Positions 26,021 through 37,560 of a stretch of DNA of 64,000 bases are shown here, in pieces (the stretch's first letter is position 1; each line of letters starts with the position of its first letter). The stretch comes from Yuukianura sp. NJ FZ-2021 (Eukaryota), in NCBI GenBank assembly GCA_046563655.1, contig CM102285.1, positions 806,001 to 870,000 on the forward strand. Direction: 5' to 3'. Both the position numbers and the translations under genes were made by a program. A model generated the notes under the pieces. That model searched no databases and was not told the origin of the DNA. It was given only the letters and a program-made list of their open reading frames with translations.

Positions 26021-26888
26021 ATGAGTTTGACTACCTAAATTGTAACTATAAAAAATATAGTAACATATTATAGTAATACATATAGTAGTAAAATATTATA
26101 GTACTATAGATTACGCACAGACAAGCGGACAGAGCGGCAACGTTGTACGAATAGTTTTCAACATTACATAGATAGCTCTGGAAAAAAATACAATTTCATG
26201 GCTTGACAAGCGCAAATTTAAAAGAGATGCTTTAAAAGTAATTCTATCACCTTAAAAACTTACAACTGAACCCTCATTTGTTTATAGTTTTTCAGTTATT
26301 GTTGGAATTTATATATTAAATAAAATTTTATGTTATGAATGTACAATTTTGATGCGTAGTAGTTTTTGACGTGAATTCAAATTCCCATAAGCAAAATGTT
26401 TGCTTATGAGATAAGGCCCGAAACAAAATGATCCCAGCTTCATAACATGACTCGGGGTCGCTGATAATTATAATAGGCTAAGTTACTTTAATTTTCGACA
26501 GTTGGACTTTTCAAAACAAAGTTTGTGCTTAGCAACAGGTGAAATAAAGACTTTAACTAATGTTAATCTAAAAACGCCCTCCGTGTATTTACTCACATTT
26601 GCAAACGTTAGAACATTTTTCAGCAACAGAGTCAGAAATTATCAGTGTGCATTAACGATAAGTAGATAAGGAAAATGACACTAATTTGAATTTTATTCGA
26701 TTTTGTTGTTAATTTGAATGACCTTTTATCTCTCCAAAATGGTTTGTACCAAAGTCGAATTTTCTACGAACTAAAATTTAAACAAAGCTATTAAGGGGAA
26801 TATTTTCGCTTATTAGTGGTCATTTGGGAAGTGACAGACGTGAAGTTAAAAATTTATAAATTAGCTACACAATTTTTGAATATACAGA

Positions 26889-29424
26889 ATGAGTGGATTG
26901 AGTGAAACGGACAGCTCCGAAGTATATTACACAGTACGATTACAAAATTCAACTAAGTTGGACATACTCTTAAAAAACGAAGGAGCCGAATGCCTTCGGG
27001 AAAAGTTTAAAGAGTTATTTGAAGTTATTACGGGACTGGCATGGGCCAATGCGGCTGAAGATGGAAATTCTTTCATTGAAAAATACGGTGATGAATTGGG
27101 GCTAGACAAGCCTGATCGACACATTCAGCACAACGTAATACTTTCTGGAAATTTGGAGGAATGGGACATGTCTCTTTTAGTTGACGTTCTAATTTTCCTT
27201 GAATTAAAAGCAGAGAAACCTACAGATGTCGTTAACATACTGGATTTAAAATTCTTAAAAAACGAACGAAATGCGGTCGCCCACATTGGAAGTGTAGATA
27301 TTCCAAATGATAAATTCCGTCAAAAATGGAACCGTATTATTTCAATTCTAAGAAAATTGGGAGTACCCGCTGAAAAATTGGACGAGAAAAATGTTCTTCG
27401 TGTTGTGGAACAGAGCAGTAATGTTGAGATCACAAACAGGAAAAGGTGTGTCATTTTTTGAAATAATTAAATTGCTTCTAAAAACGTCAAACATAATACT
27501 TCCAGCATTTACATTCCCAAAAAGATGGGCACAAAATACATTGAAAAATTTAGCAAGCTTTTATTAATTGGAATTGGTTGGACTATTTTATTTCAGTTCG
27601 GCAGAGGACGAGCACAAGACGTCTTCAGTAAACTTAGAGGCTTTAGGAAATTCACTTTTTAAACTAGGCAAGTTTGACGACGCCATTGCCAAGTACACCG
27701 AGGAAATTGATTTGCCATGTCCACGTTCCCGACAAGATCTAGCTAAACTTTATTTGAATCGTTCCGCCAGTTACTCACGCCTAAAGAATTTCGAAGCCGC
27801 TAAAGTGGACGCCAAATTATCAGTGACGCTTCATCCAACTGGAAAAGGTTTTCTTATCTTGGCGAGAGCTTTTGAAGGGCTATCCAAATTTAGTAAAGCC
27901 CTTACAAGCTATAAAAAGGCGCTGAGCTGTGAACCTGAAAATGAGCTTATTACCACAGTCTATGAACGGGCTAAAGGCGTTATTTTGCAACAACTTTCTG
28001 ACAAACACAAACAAAATCCATCAAGTCAGGAAGCCAAAGATAAACACCCAGCGTCAGGATCTACCGGATCTGCTCAGGATCTAACGGAAGAACCAGGCGC
28101 TCGACCAGGGCGCCACTTAATGTCTGGAAGAGCGGCCAACGAATTGTTTGACATGGCTTTAAAAAATGTGGACGCCGGACTAAAGGCTGATGCGGCTGAA
28201 ACAGTGAGTAAACTAGAAGAAATTGCTGCGGAGGAGCTCATTTTTACATGGAATGGCCATCGCTTCCTGAATTTCAAAAAAACAACAGCCGAACAGCACC
28301 TTGGATGTCTCTACACTGCCGGAGTCGGAGTTATGAAAGATATTACCAAGGGTGTGAAGTATTTTGCAGCGGCTATTGCCCATGGAATGCCAGAATCCTG
28401 TCACTATTTGGGAGTTATGTACAAAAAAGGAGATGCAGTGCAAGTAGACGTGGGTATGGCCATTGACATTTTGAAACTAGGAGCATACTACGGTAGCGTG
28501 GAATGCATGGAGGATTTAGCTCATCACTATGCTAGCGAGTGCGATTACGAAAATGCATGGAATTGGTTCAATTTTGCTGTTGCCGAGGAAAGTGAAATCA
28601 TAGACGAGAGACACGCCTTTGAAACCGTTCTTGGAACGAAAACTGTTCCTGCGTTCAACCATACAGGCTTTAAAGAAAAAGTGAAAAAGGAAGTGTTGTC
28701 AGGGAGACTTAGACGACTCATCTGTTCTCAAGATGTCTTGGAATTGCATTCTGAAGAGTCTTGGCTGCCTACGGTACCTAATGGATGTGACTCCCGGCTG
28801 CGGAAATGTTTAATTCTACAACATCGGCTAGCAGTGTCTCACGCATACCAAAGAATTGAATCTGGCGAAACCCGAGCCCTTGATGCTACAAATCTAACGC
28901 AAATAGGGCCTTGCTCTAAAGAAACTAAGCTTAGGCTTAAACCTCTTTTTCTTGACGAAATGACGGCAACTCAGGATCACACATACGACGGATACGTACT
29001 TAGAGTAACGATTATAGAAGATGCAATTACTGCATGCTGCAGCGGAGATACTGAGGAGGAACTTATTTGCGTTCCTCTCGTAATTGAAGATGAGAAAGGA
29101 AATGCCCATAGGGCAACGATTTTAAATGTTGTACTTGATAGCGAAATGCTTCAAAACTTTTTAGGATTTGGTTGTTTCATTAGCATTTGTAATCCGAGTC
29201 TTTGTACCTCAATGGCAGATGGCCTACCTATGATTGTAGTACCAGATAAACAACTATTGTTCCATTCTAAGCTACGGGAAATGTCAAGGTGTCGTTTATG
29301 CGGAAAAATACCCGCCAGCGTGAAATGTCGCAAGTGCAAACGTTGTTGGTACTGCTCAAAACAATGCTTGAAAGCTGACAGTAAGTACTTAAGGCATGCT
29401 CTGGTTTGCATTCCAAAGCTTTAG
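26889..29424 (+). CDS. HEPN (DZIP3-like)-TPR-SEL1-MYND zinc finger protein (794 aa; exons 26889-27445, 27597-29424)
   Basis: Phase-2 intron joins the two ORFs; WDMSLL...LKNERNAVAH (Rx4H HEPN motif); TPRs (LGNSLFKLGKFDDAIAKYT, LYLNRSASY); SEL1 repeats (LGCLYTAGVGVMKD, LGVMYKKGDAVQVD); C-terminal CxxC..CxxC..YCSxxC..HxxxC MYND. Confidence 0.85.
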
Positions 29425-29741
29425 AATATCGTTGCCCAGAGTTTGTATATGAATATGATATAAATAAATTACCATTTGATTAGTGTAGCTTCTCAGTGTT
29501 TTTTTTTCGAATTTACTAGTTTAAATAAAATTTCATTTTATGAATATACAGTGGATGGTGTACGCACACGTCAGACTGACAAATATTTCTGGAATGGATA
29601 ACAAACTGGTGTAACCTACACCGTGTAAGGCACGCTATTCAATGACAAAGTTAGAATCATAATTTTCAAAGTTTTGCTGCCATCAGAAGGTCAAAGGTCA
29701 ACTGAGGTGATTCCAAGCCAAACAAGGTGAGATTTTTTTTT

Positions 29742-32700
29742 TTACAAATCCACAGACTTCACACGTTCAATCAATTCAACCGTGGTTTTGCTAACTTGCT
29801 TCCCCCTCTTATGTAGCTCTTGAATCTCTTTGAAATGGTTCAACAACTCTTCGAATTGTATCGCTTTGACGTAATCGCGATCTTCTTGTTTTGCTTGTCC
29901 ATGTAACCTAACATTCGAAAAAAAAATCAGTACTAAAATTCTTGATTAAACCACAATTAAATGATCCACAATCGGTGCTTACTTGCTGCCTGGTGGCAAG
30001 TGAAAGCTCGGGACACAGTTCAGACGACGTTGGAGGACATGGAACCCCTCACTTTGTGGCAGAAGCATCAAAAGCCCGTAGAGAGCTTGGACCAATTCCG
30101 TATTGTGCTGCTCATCCAAGAGATCTAACCGCAGATCTGTCAAGAATAAGAATTTGAATAAAAAAAAATTGCTTAACAAACGAAAGTGTTGCTAAGAAAA
30201 TTTTACGTTGCTAAGAGAAAAAAAAAACCTTTTCTACTTCTCTTACAAAAAAATTTTTTTTTTCCGCAATTTTTGACGTATCGAGCATCGATTGGTTAAA
30301 ATGTCGAAAAAAATGTTACTTACATGTGAAAATGGGAGATTCAATTAGTTGAACTAGTTTATCGATCTCCACTAAAAATTCGACCGTGACTTCCAACTGT
30401 CCGCTGAAAAAACATTTTTTCAAAATTATGGAACTGAACGTATCTGTTTTATGTCCAAAGTTAATTAAAAGGTTTTGTATAATTTTGGATTCTCCTTACA
30501 ATGTTCGTATGAGGTCACATGCATGTGCATAGCTTTGGGTCAAGAGACAGAGAGCGACTGTGGCAACCGGATCATGCGCCCAAGTTTTGTACAAGCAGCA
30601 AAACAACGAACAGCTTTCCTAATTTAAAAAATGACAGAAAAATTCTCGAATTTATAAAAACTCTCGATTTTTTGGACAAATTATCAAACTTATAAAAAAA
30701 ATAGTTTTCTTTTTTTGAAGAATACTTTGAATTTATGGCTCTGTACCTGGGTCCTTAGTTCCTTCAATTGTGTTCTAAGTTCAAATAATTCACATGATGT
30801 GAGTAGAATTGTACTCAGTGTCTCCACCATGACGTTGGCAAACTTAAAATTACTCTCCGTCAGAAGTATCTCCGAGATACTGCGATAAATCGCTTCAGCA
30901 CTTAGCAGAACACAGAGTTGTCTAAAAAAAAAAAGAAAAGAAAAAAAATTTCCAGTTAGGAACTTCAAAAATTTCATGATTTTTCACAGTTTTTCAGAAT
31001 TACCGAATTATGAACGAACCCCGATCCTCCAGAAGCGCTCTATCAGTCTCAAATAGCCCCAGTAAACTGATGATGAACTTTTTAAAATAAGTGCTTGGAA
31101 TTAGGTTGTCTTTCAAGGCTTCATTGGAATCTAAAAAATTCAAAAAAAAAAATAATAATACAGTTTTCCAAGTTGTCGAAATTTCGAAAGTTTTCAATTT
31201 CTAAAATGTCTTTCAAAAATTTTTGATAAACCTCTTTTGAGTTTTGAAGAAAACGAGACTATTTCAGCGATAACTTCTAGAGTGAGGAGGACCACTTCAT
31301 CCGATGGATCCGAAAGTGTTTTGAGCAAAACTGGAAACGTTTCATCAACGTGCAAAAACATTTGGGCGGGCATTTTTAAATGGAGGTGGTAGATCCACCT
31401 AAGAACAGCAGTTTTCGTTGGGACAGCAGTATTCTGGAGGTTCCTCGTCAGCACTTCAATGACTGAGACTAAGTCAATGATTGGTTGATCCACGGTGGGC
31501 GATAAGTCAAGTAAAAGTGCGTCACTCTTCTGGATGTCGCTTGTTTTCACGTCGTTCTTATGACTCATGTTGGTGACTAACTTCATCAGGTTGAAATTCA
31601 CCGCTTTGCTTGTCTCCCGAATGTCTACACATTATACAAATCTAATTAAACTGCTTGATTTTGATTAATGGATATCTGATGTGATTAATTGCAGTTAAAC
31701 TTACTCTTTCGTGCTTCTTCGTCGTAGGAAAGACAAGGCAGCACGGCGGCCAAAATCCCTGCGGCGTAATGCTGAAGCAGTTCCGCCCCAGCAAGACTTA
31801 CGAATTCCTTTATCCATGTAATGGATGTAAGCTAAAAGAGAAATTGAACATTAAAAATTCATTTCAACTAAAAAGTAATCTTTTAAATTAATTGCAATTA
31901 ATTACTCACCTGAATAAGTTCATCTTTGCTCTGTGAGTAGAGAATGAGGATATTGATTGTAGAAGGATAATCAACAATATGTGGATTTTTGATCACTTCA
32001 CGTAAAAATTCGCCTAGAACTTTCTCACACCTGTCAAAAAAATTGATTAGTAATCGACAAGTCAACAATCAGCAATGTTACAAACGACATTTTAGCAGTA
32101 CATTCTTACATCTTCTTAATTTCGTTGTTCTGATCTTCCAGAATTGTAAACAGGCCATCGAGTAAGTCCGGCAGGAAAGTGACCATGTTGATTCCAGGCA
32201 CAGCATGTAAAATGCTTATCCAGGAAATAATGAATTGTCGAGCAAATGGATTCTTTGTGTAGAGGCGCTCCCGTAACAGAGGTACGAAGGCTACAAGGTC
32301 AAATGTAACACTTTCCGTCACAATGTCCTAAAAATCATACTCAATGCCTGAATGCCTGAAATTAGAAATCTTAAGGTAGCCTAGCTTACATCTGGATTAA
32401 TTCAATTAACTTGAAGTTTAGCTCATAAATCTGTGATATTTAGAGGAAGCGACTAACCTTCAACAGTCTATCCAAGAGTTCTGTTCCACTTTTGACGTTT
32501 TGGTCGGGATCAGCTGCCAGTTTACTGAGAGCATGAAAGATGTCATGGAAATGGATCAGCACGTCACCACGAGCAACTTTCGTAACGTTGTACAGTCCTT
32601 CACAAGCGTAGTAGCGAACACGAGCATCACTGTCACTAAAACATGACAGAATGGGCAGTACCAGCTCTGGAATGTAGCTACCAGTGTCCTGTCAAAACAC

Positions 32701-33095
32701 AAACAGTTGATTCAGACCTTAAAAGCGTCGATAATTTTACGTTTTTAATGCCCAACCTTGCCAAGTGCCATAGCTGCAGCCGCAAGTCCTATGATTCCTC
32801 CTTTTCTCCAATTGGTCATCTGTGACATGGTAAAATCTTGTCCAAGTACCCTCAGTAACTTCCGAATCTGTTCGACATTTTTCATCGTTGCGAAGTCCTT
32901 GGCCATCCTAAATTAAGCCAAGTACACATCCAGTTAGATTCTTTATTAGAAAGCACTTTAAGTACTATAATTAACGCCCCTTGTCACTCACTTTTCAATT
33001 TCCAATGCAGCTTGTCTCCTCTTGTCATAATTCTTGTCAGTAAGAGATTTGACACAAGCGAGACTCAAGGGACTGTAATCCTTTTCACCGCTCAT
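29742..33095 (-). CDS. VAC14: Protein VAC14 homolog (PIKfyve/Fab1 complex scaffold), about 13 exons
   Basis: [88 protein letters not shown] introns. Confidence 0.95.
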
Positions 33096-33189
33096 TCTTA
33101 ACGAACCTGTCAATTAATTAACTGGAAAGTAAGTAAAAACCAATGTTTCTGGACACCGACTGTTTATCCATATGATTCCTGGAAAAAAC

Positions 33190-33815
33190 GGTTGAGGTAA
33201 GCTTTAACGAGCGCCATTGTAGCCGCACAGTGTAGCCGCTGGCGGCCATCTTGGGCGGCTACAATGGGTGGCTACGCTTGAGCGGCAACATTTGTAGCCG
33301 CCAGTGAGAAAATTCGTATTATCGCCACCCTATTGTAGCCGCACATGCTAAATAATGCTGGCAACAATGTTTGAAAATTACCTTACTAGATGCACTCGAA
33401 CTAACGCACGTAACTAAAACCGACAATTTAATCACTATTGTCTAGTATCCTAACCTAACACCGCGCCTTCGGCGCGGGAAAATAAAAGTGAATTCACGAA
33501 ATTAAACAGTATAAAAGGTCCGCCAGTTTCCTGTTTTATACTGTTTCATTCGGTGAATTTATTTACTTTTATTTTCCCGCGCCGAAGGCGCGGTGTTAGG
33601 TTAGGTTACTTGATTAAAGGGGCCTAATTATAAAACAGTGTTGCCGGCATTATTTAGCATGTGCGGCTACAATAGAGTGGCAACAAGGGAAATTTTCTCA
33701 CTGGCGGCTACAAATGTTGCCGCTCAAGCGTAGCCACCCATTGTAGCCGCCCAAGATGGCCGCCAGCGGCTACACTGTGCGGCTACAATGGCGCTCGTTA
33801 AAGCTTACCTCAACC
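33190..33815. mobile_element. Near-perfect palindromic MITE, GG termini, 8-bp TSD GAAAAAAC (Merlin- or Mutator-like)
   Basis: GGTTGAGGTAAGCTTTAACG...CGTTAAAGCTTACCTCAACC; outer ~120 bp perfectly inverted; TSD at 33182-33189 and 33816-33823. Confidence 0.85.
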
Positions 33816-34589
33816 GAAAAAACAAAACAGAAAACAGATGAGGGGCAAAAAAATTTCACCGCCGTAGCTGTACTCACTAATCCTCGGAATTATCGGAAAC
33901 TTCTCTTTTACTTCACATTTATCAGGTTAACTTACGGATAAATTAAGTCCTTTGTAACCAATTCACTTTAATGTTAATGTAACCCTATTTCGTAACCAGA
34001 TTTGGTAAGCACCATTGGTAAGCAAGTTACCAATGGTGGTTGTCATTTGTAAGTTACCGATAGCAATCATCGCTTGACTACATCAATAGCATTGTTGGAG
34101 GCTACAGAACAAGTTACATAAAAGAAAATCAATACACTTTTTACGAATTATTAATTAGTAGTATCGCAAAATAATTCTAACAAACAATTAAGAATTTAGA
34201 AAATGTTAGGGAAACTTTTCAAAAATCCATATTCCCGAAATACTTATGATTTCAATTACTAGGTACCAACCAGTATAAAAATTTGTACAGTCATTTTGCT
34301 TGACACGATCCCATCGGACGATATCATGGAATTGGGTCAAGGTTTTCATTGCGTGGTTACAATTTTCCTCATTACTTTCTATTTGCCACCAAATAATTAA
34401 TAATACAATATCATCATTTCAATTCATACTTAAGTACTCAATATAACATTACAATATTATACAAAACAAGGTTCTCATGTTAAATGTGTATGAACCTAAC
34501 TACACCACGTAACTCTTTCCGTGTTCCCTGTAATAAGAGTTAGTCTTTACTGGCGAATGTTACTTTTCTACTTTTCGGAAGATCTGAAG

Positions 34590-37279
34590 ATGATGTTAGA
34601 ATTTGTATTTCTCGCCAATTTGATAGCCTTTGCCTTGAGCATTGAAACTGTCGCTATCGACTACAACAAATACCTTGCTCCGTACGAGGCCAATTGTCAC
34701 TCAGTTATTTTTGTAGTCACATTTGACTACGTTGACCTCACTCCCTTCACTTCTCCAGTGGAACTAAGAACATTAGGCTACATTGGTCCACGAACATTAA
34801 TTTCTGACGCATGTCCACTAACAAATTCCACTCAGGATCCGATTAGTCAGCGGATTGGGTATTTCTGGCAAACGTTGACAAAACGTTCTTGTCTTGCGCT
34901 ATTTGTCAACTACCAATCACAAATGGCTGACCACGACTGGGACATGTTAATGTACCAATTACACTACTTCTGGAGTGTATTCTACTTAAACTCGCATCCA
35001 TTTAACGGCACTCGCAGAAACGGTGTGAATGACAAAATCGCCACGGATCCGTATTCAAGATATTTTATTACCTTTGGAAGGTTTGCATACTTGAACGTAG
35101 TCGGAAGTTCACAGATTTCTGGTAAATTTGAACAAACATTCTATGCATATGCATATATGAGAAGGTATTGCACTTGGTCTTGCTCAGAAATACTTGTCAT
35201 CTGCGCATCCGTCTTTACGCAAGTTTTTTTCCATGACGTTCATACACCAAATCAATTCAAAAGTGTATCATGCATTTTTCTATTGCCGCCTGGCATTGGT
35301 CTAACGGCCAAACAATTGCAACAAGCTCTGGTCGTTACTAACAAACCCATTGGAACATTTTCACTGCAAGAATTGGCGCGAATTTCACTCGTCAATAGAA
35401 ATAAATGCGCAAATTTCAACTTCCGGATTCTAACAGTACAAAAGCTTCACGCCAAAAACATTTTCCGTCTAAGTGAAACCAAGCATGAAATGGACATGAT
35501 TGGCGACATAGGTGAGGCTGGGACAGACTTAGACAAAAATTTGGAGCTGCACAATCTCATGCTCGGAAAATTGTTGTTTGGCGGCATTCCAAACATAACG
35601 GTCCACTTACTTTACGTTGTTCATCATAATTTGGCCTTTCAAAAGTTCTACTTGGACTTTAAATACTTCACTACCTACTTCAGAATCCAAGGGAATGCGC
35701 ATCAGCCGTACGGGTCAACTGAACATTACGTTGCCACGGAAACAGTCGCATACACGTTCTTAGCATGTCATCACTCAGTGCATGGCATGTCCTTTGATTC
35801 ATACGTTAAGCCTCTTGACCCCGAAGTTTGGATTGCTCTGACCTTGACCTTGACCTTGGTCATTCTACTCTCATTTTACTTTTTACTCAAAAGAGACAAC
35901 CAACTACCGTTCTTCATCTACGCTTACATTATGGAACAAGGTCCAAGTCTACGCGCAGCCACTCAGGATCTGCGCATGTTCAAACTCCTCATCATGTCAC
36001 TGTCACTCATCACAATCATTCTGGGCAATGGCTACAGGAGTGTCGTCACAACGGAACTTTTGGCGCCAAAACTCAGTTCGCGCCTGGAGACATTTGAGGA
36101 TATCAAAGGTTCAAGGGACAAAAGATATAAAATGTATTTCCGCCCCACGGACCACAACACCCAATTGACCGTCTGTCTAGACGCTTCTAGTTACTTAAAC
36201 TGTTTTATGAATCAACTCAGTGCTAGCCCACACCAACCTTACATTAGAATCATGCGGTATGACTACTACTTGAGAACACGACTTGAAAACAGCAGAGAAA
36301 GAGGCGGTAACTTGACAGATCAATTGTCAAAACTATTCAGTTGGACAAGCATACTAGAAATATTGGAGGATCCCGAGGGATTCCGATGGACCAAAGAGCA
36401 ATGTCAAGCTAGGGTTTACTTTAGCACAGGTAACCAACTAACATATGTGATGAACATAAACTATCGATTTATTTATATAATATATGTACATACTATAGTA
36501 TTTGTGTATATATAGCACATATATGCGCTATAATAATCACACTTGCCAAAAATATTTAGTTCCAATGCCTGTAATGTTAACAAAATCAATATTTCGCGTC
36601 TATTTGTTACTAAATATTTATTTATTTACCCATGCGCTTGATGGTAAGTACGTAAATATTGCTGGCTTTTTCATTAAATATTGTATATATTTAAACATTT
36701 CGCTGGTTTTTAGTAAATGTTTTTGGCAAGTCTGATAATAATATGCCTATATTAACTTAAAATGTATTGGCTAAAAATTTAGAGGAAGACGTGAACAAGC
36801 ATATCCTCATGTTTCGAGCTCAACAAAAACAAAGTGGGGAGAAATCTGACCTTGAATTTTACCTGGGAAAAGAAAAGAAATTTCAAAACGACAGAGGAAT
36901 CTATGTTGAAAATTTGCACTACCTCGGTGAATATGGGTTCAGGAGAATTGGCGGAACATTACAGTCTGGAATTATGGAATATTTGAATTCTCGATTTGAG
37001 CGGGAAAAGGAGCGTCTTTTTGCCGCCAGATTAAATATAACTCGTCAATCAGCCAAAAAGCCAACAAAACTTGGCGTCAACATAAACATCCAAACGCTGT
37101 TCATTTCAAATTTGACTATGCTCACAGCTGCTTGTTTTCTATTTTTGTTCGAAATGCGATCAAAAGTAGCCACTACCTTTAAAAATTTGTTTCAAAGTTT
37201 AAAAACAAAAACAAAGCAAAATTTAAAACATGTAAAAATGCTTTTCATAAGACCGGGTAAAAAAATTTCACCGCCGTAG
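34590..37279 (+). CDS. Divergent ionotropic-receptor-like protein, type A copy 1 (778 aa; exons 34590-36429, 36783-37279)
   Basis: Signal peptide; PLDPEVW-M1; IMEQG; ILGNGYRSVVTTEL (M3-like); LQSGI and a terminal TM (IQTLF...LFLFE) as in divergent IRs. Confidence 0.75.
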
Positions 37280-37560
37280 CTCAATTCACTAATCCTCTGA
37301 ATTATCGGAAATTTCTTTGTAAGTTACCAATAGTAACCACCGCTTGACTACACCTTATATCACTGTTGGTAGTTCAAAAGAAAATCAATCGACTCTTATG
37401 AATTTTTAATTAGTTGTATCATCATGTCAAAGTGGAAAATTGTGTAAACCTTCAACTTTTTTTTTAATTACCATCAAATGTGTTAAATGCTTTTTGCGTA
37501 ATTGTCGTATAACAATGAATAAAATTTCAACGCCACAGTTTTTGTTTTAATTGAAGCAAA

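Noticed and set aside
33756-33941. 61-aa ORF next to the VAC14 promoter
   Set aside because: Starts inside the MITE arm; no homology or splice support
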